IMG/VR virus record: IMGVR_UViG_2703719355_000008
Origin: a virus
Lineage: Duplodnaviria; Heunggongvirae; Uroviricota; Caudoviricetes
Length of the DNA stretch: 7,973 nucleotides
Strand: one strand, 5' to 3'
The position numbers and the translations under genes were made by a program. The notes below the pieces were generated by a model. That model was not told where the DNA came from. It searched no databases and saw nothing but the letters and a program-made list of their open reading frames with translations. Positions 1 through 5,082 of the stretch are shown here, piece by piece; within the stretch, counting starts at the first letter, position 1, and every line of letters starts with the position of its first letter.

Positions 1-72
1 ACAGATAAAGATACAGATAAAGATACAGATAAAGATACAGATAAAGATACAGATAAAGATACAGATAAAGAA
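1..72 (+). repeat. 12-bp tandem repeat (ACAGATAAAGAT) x6, last unit variant; runs off the window start
   Basis: Direct reading: five perfect copies at 1-60 and a sixth ending GAA at 61-72. In frame 1 this encodes (Thr-Asp-Lys-Asp)n continuous with the downstream ORF. Confidence 0.9.
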
Positions 73-672
73 GATCAAAACACTATGGTCCATGGCGTAA
101 AAAACGCCACGAACCAGGCAGGGGATGTTCAGACCGTCAATCCTGGTCAGCCAGCAGGCACGACACCGGAAGCCGATTCAGCGTATGCGCTGAAAGCCGA
201 TTCGGGCGCTGTGCAGCAGGTGATGACCGCAAGGCCGGAGCAATCACTCCAACTGCAGCAGCCTGAAGCCGATTCCGCCATTCAGTGGGAAGCCGATCGG
301 GTAGTCCCGGAAAACACCGGGCAGTCTGTGGGACGAGTGGATTATCCGGATGTGTTCGAACAGGTCTGGCGGGAGTACCCGTTGCGTGCCGGGGCAAACC
401 CGAAGAAATCCGCTTTCAGTGCCTGGAAGGCCAGATTACGCGAGGGGGTGCCACCAGAGGCCATGCTGGATGGCGTGAGGCGTTACGCAAGATATCTGGC
501 GGTTACCGGGAAAACTGGAACGGAATTTGTTCAGCGAGCGACGACGTTTTTTGGACCGGACCGGAATTTTGAAAACCCCTGGTTGCTCCCGGTAAGCGGC
601 ACGAACAACCAGCGTTGTGTTAATCATATTTCTGAACCGGACACCGAAATTCCGCCGGGATTCAGAGGGTAA
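1..672 (+). CDS. Phage replication-associated protein, 5'-partial (C-terminal conserved phage domain; putative replisome organiser/initiator)
   Basis: Frame 1 is open from nt 1 to TAA at 670-672. The C-terminal part (DYPDVFEQVWREYPLRAG...FGPDRNFENPW) resembles, from memory, the conserved C-terminal domain of lambdoid replication-initiator-type proteins. Function is inferred; the true start lies upstream of the window. Confidence 0.6.
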   Translation, partial: TDKDTDKDTDKDTDKDTDKDTDKEDQNTMVHGVKNATNQAGDVQTVNPGQPAGTTPEADSAYALKADSGAVQQVMTARPEQSLQLQQPEADSAIQWEADRVVPENTGQSVGRVDYPDVFEQVWREYPLRAGANPKKSAFSAWKARLREGVPPEAMLDGVRRYARYLAVTGKTGTEFVQRATTFFGPDRNFENPWLLPVSGTNNQRCVNHISEPDTEIPPGFRG

Positions 673-709
673 CAGATTTCAGGTCATGGGGTAATTTTCA
701 GGAGGACTT

Positions 710-1129
710 GTGGCAAAAGTTTTTACACAAGAAGAGCGAGAAAAAATTAAAGGGCAGGTTATTGAACTTGTACGTCTGAGCGGTCGCGAGACGTTACGGG
801 CTCTGGAGGCTAAAACCGGTGCATCAAGGTATTACATAAGCACTCTCGCCAGAGAACTGGTCGCCAGTGGTGATGTTTACAATTCAGGCTACGGATTATT
901 CCCCTCTGAACAGGCTCGTAAGGACTGGCAAAACGCCCGCAAAAAATTATCGAGGGCAAAGCTGAAGAAACCGGTTGTGGTTGATCCTGACCTTATATGG
1001 TCATTACCAGACGGAGAAATACGTCGCTACGACAGGCGCCTGAATATAATCTGTCGCGAGTGCCGGAAGAGCGAAGTTATGCAGCGAGTGCTGGCGTTTT
1101 ATCAGGGAAATTATCAGGGGGGGCTGTGA
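710..1129 (+). CDS. Hypothetical phage protein (139 aa)
   Basis: GTG start at 710 with AGGAGGA SD at 699-705 (4-nt spacing); long ORF co-oriented with neighbours. No motif recognised with confidence. Confidence 0.7.
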   Translation: MAKVFTQEEREKIKGQVIELVRLSGRETLRALEAKTGASRYYISTLARELVASGDVYNSGYGLFPSEQARKDWQNARKKLSRAKLKKPVVVDPDLIWSLPDGEIRRYDRRLNIICRECRKSEVMQRVLAFYQGNYQGGL

Positions 1130-1186
1130 GTAAAATTAGCTATCAGGCTTCAATTATCGCTGGCATTCGCATCAAAGGAGAGGAGC

Positions 1187-1546
1187 ATGGAAATAAAACC
1201 AGAAGATGAGTTAAGCAATATCGTTTTATTTCCGGTAAAAGAGGATGACCCACGTAATCAGGTTAATTTTCTTTATGAGCCATCGGAAAGACCATACTGC
1301 CATCACGCTTCTGTCCGGGTTGACGAAAAAGAGCGTCAGGTCCGCTGCAAAATCTGTGGTGCAGTTGTGGAGCCGTTTGACTGGATGCTCTCTGTGGCTA
1401 AAAGAGAAACCAGACTGGCAGATGATGTAAGGCTATTGCGCCAGGAGGAACAGGAAAGGCGAAAAAATATAGAAAAGCTAATTCAGATTGAGCGTAACGC
1501 GAAAGCGCGGATACGCAGGGCAACAAAAGCCAGAACTGAATATTAA
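1187..1546 (+). CDS. Hypothetical phage protein with putative zinc-ribbon (CHH...CxxC) and basic coiled C-terminus (119 aa)
   Basis: ATG at 1187 preceded by AAAGGAGAGGAG SD. Cys/His pattern YCHH...CKIC is visible in the translation; C-terminus is rich in R/K/E. Confidence 0.75.
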   Translation: MEIKPEDELSNIVLFPVKEDDPRNQVNFLYEPSERPYCHHASVRVDEKERQVRCKICGAVVEPFDWMLSVAKRETRLADDVRLLRQEEQERRKNIEKLIQIERNAKARIRRATKARTEY

Positions 1547-1591
1547 ATCAGCACTGTAAATAAAATTTAATCCTTAACCGGAGGTATATCT

Positions 1592-1804
1592 ATGTTAAAT
1601 ACACAGAAAACCATTAACGCGGAAAAATATAACGAGTGGGTAAAAAAATTCTCTGAGCAGATTTTTAAAATTACTGGTGACGAGAATGTAGCAAAAAATG
1701 AATTAGAGCCGTGGACACCTGAAGGTGTCGACCCAAATTATTGCTGGTGGGATGTTGATCCAGTTGATGCTGCAAATGAAGCTATGAGTTATCACAACGA
1801 TTAA
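1592..1804 (+). CDS. Hypothetical small acidic phage protein (70 aa)
   Basis: ATG at 1592 with GGAGG SD at 1580-1584 (7-nt spacing); stop TAA at 1802-1804. Confidence 0.65.
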   Translation: MLNTQKTINAEKYNEWVKKFSEQIFKITGDENVAKNELEPWTPEGVDPNYCWWDVDPVDAANEAMSYHND

Positions 1805-1814
1805 TGTCAGGAGG

Positions 1815-1830
1815 CCGCCCGAAAGGGCGG
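1815..1830 (+). promoter_or_regulatory. GC stem-loop with GAAA tetraloop (CCGCCC-GAAA-GGGCGG) between an SD-like AGGAGG (1809-1814) and the GTG start at 1840
   Basis: Perfect 6-bp inverted repeat read directly. No U-tract follows, so not an intrinsic terminator. Placement suggests a translation-initiation or RNA-processing structure. Confidence 0.4.
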
Positions 1831-1839
1831 TAATGAAAA

Positions 1840-2673
1840 GTGACTGAATTAACCAAAGAGAAATTAATCGAAGAAGCCAAATTAAAAATAGCGATTGCGA
1901 AATGCTACTCCAATTCAGGGATGGCACGGGTAGAGGGCGAGTTATTCAAAATTGCACTGGCATCGCTGGAAGCAGAACCAATAGGTGCTTTCCACATTGT
2001 AGAACAGCAAGTTGACGGAACAAGTTACTATATCAAGGATGGGGAATGGCCTATTGATACTGGGATTATTGAAGTCTACGCCGCCTCACCGATGACGGTA
2101 GTGCTGAACGATGTATCTGGACCTCTTGCTCTTGCTTACAAAGAGCTTACACCTGCGATTATGCGCAACCATATCGCTGTATTCGAACGATACGGAATAA
2201 CCCCAAACGATCGCATTACTACAATTCATGCGCTTCGAATTGCGCTGGATGGCATAGAGCGGAGCGACGCCATGCTTCATGGACGTCAGCCATGCCATCA
2301 AATTACCGCCTCAATGGCAAAAGCTATTGCGCTTAAACTTGGTGCCGAACTGAATAACGAAGAAGCAGAGATTTTCGCGGATGGGTATAACACCGCCATG
2401 CTTCATGCCGAAAACTTTCGGGAAAATAAGAATTCGTCAACCAATAATTTTCGGATAACCTCGGAAACGTCAACCAACTCTCCGGCAATCCCTGATGAGG
2501 TGTTGTCCGCAATCCTGAAGGTCGCCAGGGTTCGTGCAGATTTCGATGCTTCTGAAGGTGACAGGCGAGGTATCGGTGGTTGTCTGGATGAGGCCGAGCA
2601 AGAACTTATCGTTACCATTAACAAATACGCCAGTCAGATCGCAGTAGAAGCGATACAGGGGGCGCACCAATGA
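1840..2673 (+). CDS. Hypothetical phage protein (277 aa)
   Basis: Long ORF in the operon orientation. Start uncertain: GTG at 1840 lies 25 nt from the SD with the hairpin in between; next in-frame ATG is at 1918. No Walker A or other catalytic motif recognised. Confidence 0.7.
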   Translation: MTELTKEKLIEEAKLKIAIAKCYSNSGMARVEGELFKIALASLEAEPIGAFHIVEQQVDGTSYYIKDGEWPIDTGIIEVYAASPMTVVLNDVSGPLALAYKELTPAIMRNHIAVFERYGITPNDRITTIHALRIALDGIERSDAMLHGRQPCHQITASMAKAIALKLGAELNNEEAEIFADGYNTAMLHAENFRENKNSSTNNFRITSETSTNSPAIPDEVLSAILKVARVRADFDASEGDRRGIGGCLDEAEQELIVTINKYASQIAVEAIQGAHQ

Positions 2674-2747
2674 GCCGGCCCGATGCATTTGCAGGCGTTG
2701 CTATAGTTATTGCTTTTCTAGTATATGTTATTTGTCGGTGGGGGTAA
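2670..2747 (+). CDS. Candidate 25-aa hydrophobic micro-ORF (MSRPDAFAGVAIVIAFLVYVICRWG)
   Basis: ATG at 2670 overlaps the TGA stop of the 277-aa ORF (ATGA coupling). Encodes one predicted transmembrane-like segment. Below the ORF-track length cutoff; no separate SD. Confidence 0.25.
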   Translation: MSRPDAFAGVAIVIAFLVYVICRWG

Positions 2748-2782
2748 AAACGTTCGCCGGAATTCACACCAAGGGAGGGAAT

Positions 2783-2887
2783 ATGTCGGATGATATTTCA
2801 CTGGTAATGGAAGGCGCTCTGGCTGTTATTGCTGTTGTGGGTGTTTACTGCCTGGTTGTGTTTTTGATGGATCGCCTGGGGAACTGA
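2783..2887 (+). CDS. Candidate 34-aa small membrane peptide (MSDDISLVMEGALAVIAVVGVYCLVVFLMDRLGN)
   Basis: ATG at 2783 preceded by strong SD AAGGGAGGG (2772-2780); single hydrophobic helix; stop TGA at 2885-2887. Not on the ORF track because it is under 60 aa. Confidence 0.45.
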   Translation: MSDDISLVMEGALAVIAVVGVYCLVVFLMDRLGN

Positions 2888-2897
2888 ATTCATTCCG

Positions 2898-2913
2898 TAT
2901 GGGAATTCCCATA
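2898..2913. promoter_or_regulatory. Perfect 16-bp palindrome TATGGGAATTCCCATA
   Basis: Read directly; equals its own reverse complement. Sits between the small-peptide ORF and the putative hok promoter. No U-tract after it, so a protein-binding site is more likely than a terminator. Confidence 0.35.
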
Positions 2914-2927
2914 TCGGGCAAAAACGG

Positions 2928-2956
2928 TTTGCTGTAAAGCGAGAGTTAAGTAGAAT
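2928..2956 (+). promoter_or_regulatory. Putative hok/mok promoter (-35 TTGCTG 2929-2934; -10 TAGAAT 2951-2956; 16-nt spacer)
   Basis: Hexamers read by eye. Predicted start near 2962 coincides with the 5' element (2961-2974) that is complementary to the mRNA 3' end (3337-3351). Confidence 0.4.
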
Positions 2957-3024
2957 TGCTGCGGGTGCTTGAGGCTGTCTGCCTCGGGCATGCCGCCGTA
3001 AGGCAGACAGAGAAAAGCCCCAGT

Positions 3025-3083
3025 TAACATTACGCGTCCGGCAAGACGCTTAACATTAATCTGAGGCCATATCTATGACTTGC
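3025..3083 (-). ncRNA. sok: Putative Sok-like antisense RNA (approximate bounds)
   Basis: Minus-strand promoter-like hexamers: -35 TTGCCT (complement of 3113-3118), 17-nt spacer, -10 TAACCT (complement of 3090-3095), giving a start a few nt inside mok and transcription into the hok leader. This matches the known hok/sok layout. The 3' end is not defined; a GCGTC/GACGC stem lies at 3043-3058. Confidence 0.35.
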
Positions 3084-3287
3084 ACATGTAGGTTAGCCTC
3101 TTACGTGCCGAAAGGCAAGGAGAAGCAGGCTATGAAGCAGCAAAAGGCGATGTTAATCGCCCTGATCGTCATCTGTTTAACCGTCATAGTGACGGCACTG
3201 GTAACGAGGAAAGACCTCTGCGAGGTACGAATCCGAACCGGCCAGACGGAGGTCGCTGTCTTCACAGCTTACGAACCTGAGGAGTAA
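3075..3287 (+). CDS. mok: Mok-like overlapping reading frame (70 aa), in frame with hok
   Basis: ATG at 3075 with SD-like TGAGG 8 nt upstream; N-terminal extension MTCTCRLASYVPKGKEKQA precedes the hok Met, as in chromosomal mok/hok pairs (from memory). Confidence 0.5.
   Translation: MTCTCRLASYVPKGKEKQAMKQQKAMLIALIVICLTVIVTALVTRKDLCEVRIRTGQTEVAVFTAYEPEE
3132..3287 (+). CDS. hok: Hok/Gef-family type I toxin (51 aa small membrane toxin)
   Basis: Translation MKQQKAMLIALIVICLTVIVTALVTRKDLCEVRIRTGQTEVAVFTAYEPEE carries the Hok/Gef signature (TM helix, TRKDLCEV, conserved C-terminus) and is near-identical, from memory, to E. coli HokD/RelF. AAGGAG SD at 3117-3122. Confidence 0.9.
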   Translation: MKQQKAMLIALIVICLTVIVTALVTRKDLCEVRIRTGQTEVAVFTAYEPEE

Positions 3288-3355
3288 GAGACCTGGCGGG
3301 GGAGAAATCCCTCGCCACCTCTGATGTGTCAGGCATCCTCAACGCACCCGCACTT

Positions 3356-3385
3356 AACCCGCTTCGGCGGGTTTTGTTCTTTTTG
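3356..3385 (+). terminator. Rho-independent terminator of the hok transcript (copy 1 of a 23-bp repeat)
   Basis: Stem CCCGC-TTCG-GCGGG (3358-3371) followed by a T-rich tract TTTTGTTCTTTTT. Confidence 0.75.
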
Positions 3386-3427
3386 TGAAAAAAATTCCCT
3401 TAAAGGAGATTTTTTTAACTAAAAAGG

Positions 3428-3455
3428 TTTACTTTGCTTTCGTATATGGTAAATT
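3428..3455 (+). promoter_or_regulatory. Putative promoter of the HTH/peptidase cassette (-35 TTTACT 3428-3433; extended -10 TGgTAAATT 3447-3455)
   Basis: Hexamers read by eye in an AT-rich intergenic region. An imperfect inverted repeat (3485-3501, CTTGC-gttag-GCAAG) lies between the predicted start site and the SD and could be an operator. Confidence 0.3.
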
Positions 3456-3531
3456 TTAGGAATTAGAATTTAAGCGCCCATCAGGCTTGCGTTAGGCAAG
3501 TCTGCTAAATCAACAAATTGAGGATAAAATC

Positions 3532-3891
3532 ATGGCACTCACTGAATTCGGTAAGGCCGTTAGAAAAGCGAGGATCGATACTGACAGTACTCTTCTGACT
3601 ATGTCTCAAGAACTGGGCACTACGCCAGCGTTTCTTAGCGGTTTAGAAACTGGTAGCAAAAAAATACCTCTGAAGTGGGTTAAGAAGATTGATTCTTACT
3701 TCAAGGCCAAAGGTGTAGAAATTGAAGGGTTACAGGAGTTAGCGGCAGTTGCGAATGACTCAGTTCCAGTAAACGGTTTGTCTCAGCAACAGAAAATGCT
3801 TGTAGCGGGATTCGCTAAGTCGCAGTTTACGCCGGAACAGCTAAAGAGTTTTGCAGATTTATTGCAAAAGATTAATAACAATGAGGGGTAA
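3532..3891 (+). CDS. XRE/Cro-type helix-turn-helix transcriptional regulator (119 aa) with C-terminal extension
   Basis: ATG at 3532 with SD GAGGAT at 3521-3526. N-terminus (LTEFGKAVRKARIDTDSTLLTMSQELGTTPAFLSGLETGSKKIP) fits the HTH_XRE pattern. Stop at 3889-3891 is 2 nt before the next gene. Confidence 0.85.
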   Translation: MALTEFGKAVRKARIDTDSTLLTMSQELGTTPAFLSGLETGSKKIPLKWVKKIDSYFKAKGVEIEGLQELAAVANDSVPVNGLSQQQKMLVAGFAKSQFTPEQLKSFADLLQKINNNEG

Positions 3892-3893
3892 TT

Positions 3894-4370
3894 ATGTATC
3901 AAATGAGAGGTAACAGGGTGTCACCGATGCAAGAAGAAGAAATAGCCTACAGAGCTATAAACTTCTGTAATGCTATTGGTCTTACAGCCTCAAAGCGCAA
4001 AAGAAAGCGTTATGATATGTTCTTTGAAAGCCTGTCAATTTATGGGGTTACTCTTGACGTCAGGACCGACAAAGAGTGGGAGGCTCTGACGTATGATCTA
4101 ACTATCGGACATTGTGACCCCGCTTCTCTAACAATTACGGTTCCCAATAAAATATATGTGAATGCTTGCCTTGGGGAAGAGCATGCACTTGCTGTTATCT
4201 TCCACGAGCTAGGTCATTTGCTTCTTGGACACAAAGCAGTTTTACACTTTTCAGTTAAAGAACCTACTCGTATTGAGGATGCAGAATGGCAGGCAGATAC
4301 ATTTGCGGATATCGTACTGGAAACAATTGGCGTGAGAACACAACAGATGTCGTTCGATTTTTATATGTAA
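3894..4370 (+). CDS. ImmA/IrrE-family (COG2856-like) zinc metallopeptidase (158 aa)
   Basis: SD GAGGGG at 3884-3889. HExxH zinc-binding motif FHELGHLLLGH at residues 103-113 (nt 4203-4217), with size and partner arrangement typical of ImmA-like peptidases paired with XRE regulators. Confidence 0.8.
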   Translation: MYQMRGNRVSPMQEEEIAYRAINFCNAIGLTASKRKRKRYDMFFESLSIYGVTLDVRTDKEWEALTYDLTIGHCDPASLTITVPNKIYVNACLGEEHALAVIFHELGHLLLGHKAVLHFSVKEPTRIEDAEWQADTFADIVLETIGVRTQQMSFDFYM

Positions 4371-4371
4371 A

Positions 4372-4396
4372 AGCCCTGCGCTAACAGGGCTTTTAG
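4372..4396 (+). terminator. Rho-independent terminator after the peptidase gene
   Basis: Stem AGCCCTG-CGCTAA-CAGGGCT followed by TTTTA. Confidence 0.65.
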
Positions 4397-4498
4397 GGAC
4401 GGAAAGTGCGCTAACACATTCCGTAGTGTATGGAGATAATCCAATCACAACACTTTTTGTAGACAAGCGAAGTGTAGTGGTTCTCCCAACAAAGTGCA

Positions 4499-4518
4499 AC
4501 CTGTGTGGATTCACAGGT
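4499..4518. promoter_or_regulatory. Perfect inverted repeat ACCTGTG-tggatt-CACAGGT 20 bp upstream of the Cys-rich ORF
   Basis: Read directly: 7-bp arms, 6-nt spacer. Candidate operator or leader hairpin. Confidence 0.35.
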
Positions 4519-4537
4519 GAGCAGGGAAAACGAAATC

Positions 4538-4687
4538 ATGGCAATGGGTACCTGTCGCAAATGTGGCTGTCCATGTGAGATCATTTTTCGCTACTCTGTG
4601 TGTGTAGATGGTGTAATGCGCCACGCGAAAAAAGGGAAGCCTTTCCCGATCCCACTTTGCAGTTGTAGTGGCAAGCACGCAGCTTGA
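4538..4687 (+). CDS. Candidate Cys-rich small protein (49 aa; CxxCxCxC ... C ... CxC)
   Basis: ATG at 4538 with stop TGA at 4685-4687; 7 Cys in 49 aa (MAMGTCRKCGCPCEIIFRYSVCVDGVMRHAKKGKPFPIPLCSCSGKHAA). Weak SD. Followed by its own terminator. The track's longer version (GTG 4505) would start inside the palindrome. Confidence 0.4.
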   Translation: MAMGTCRKCGCPCEIIFRYSVCVDGVMRHAKKGKPFPIPLCSCSGKHAA

Positions 4688-4703
4688 TGTTCAGTACTGA
4701 CAA

Positions 4704-4731
4704 AACCCGCTTCGGCGGGTTTTGTTTTTTC
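4704..4731 (+). terminator. Rho-independent terminator (copy 2 of the 23-bp repeat)
   Basis: AACCCGCTTCGGCGGGTTTTGTT at 4704-4726 is identical to 3356-3378 and is followed by a T-run. Confidence 0.75.
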
Positions 4732-4802
4732 CTGGCATTCTGGTTTACAATTCGCACGTCAGCCTGAACAACTGGCACCTGCTGCGCCAGCAGAGAAAGA
4801 CG

Positions 4803-5081
4803 ATGGCGCACAATACCAAATCACACAATTCTGATAATTCAGCTGTCTTTGCCAGCAGGCACGGGCGGCGTTCCCGCACATTCAAATCTGATTGGTACCA
4901 GCATCCCCCATGTACTGAAGAACAAGCTGAATGGCTAATTCAGTGCTACCGCAGACACGGATACGGGATTAAGAAAGCCCTCAGCCTCGATTATCGTCAC
5001 TGGATAATCTCCGTCAGGCTTCCTTACTCTGAACGCCCACCGCGTCCGTCCCGCACATTCCAGCAACGCATCTGGAGGTAA
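4803..5081 (+). CDS. Hypothetical phage protein (92 aa)
   Basis: In-frame ATG at 4803 chosen because the track start at 4722 overlaps the terminator. Stop TAA at 5079-5081 is 1 nt before the next gene's GTG, implying translational coupling. Confidence 0.55.
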   Translation: MAHNTKSHNSDNSAVFASRHGRRSRTFKSDWYQHPPCTEEQAEWLIQCYRRHGYGIKKALSLDYRHWIISVRLPYSERPPRPSRTFQQRIWR

Positions 5082-5082
5082 C

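Noticed and set aside
1-72. Possible CRISPR array from the regular short repeats at the window start
   Set aside because: Units are 12 bp and directly abutting with no spacers, and they are in-frame within an ORF; not CRISPR architecture.
2960-3011. Stem-loop CTGTCTGCCT...AGGCAGACAG in the hok leader as a terminator for either strand
   Set aside because: No U-tract follows on either strand; more consistent with structured hok leader elements than with termination.
4505-4537. GTG 4505 as start of the Cys-rich ORF (track version, 60 aa)
   Set aside because: It would initiate inside the perfect palindrome with no SD; ATG 4538 is preferred, though still a low-confidence gene.
3356-4731. Insertion sequence or transposon interpretation of the directly repeated 23-bp sequence
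   Set aside because: No transposase or integrase ORF and no terminal inverted repeats; the repeat is itself a terminator hairpin, so recombinational module exchange is the simpler explanation.
4722-4802. ATG 4722 as start of the 119-aa track ORF
   Set aside because: The first 27 codons overlap the rho-independent terminator and its T-run; the in-frame ATG at 4803 is more plausible.
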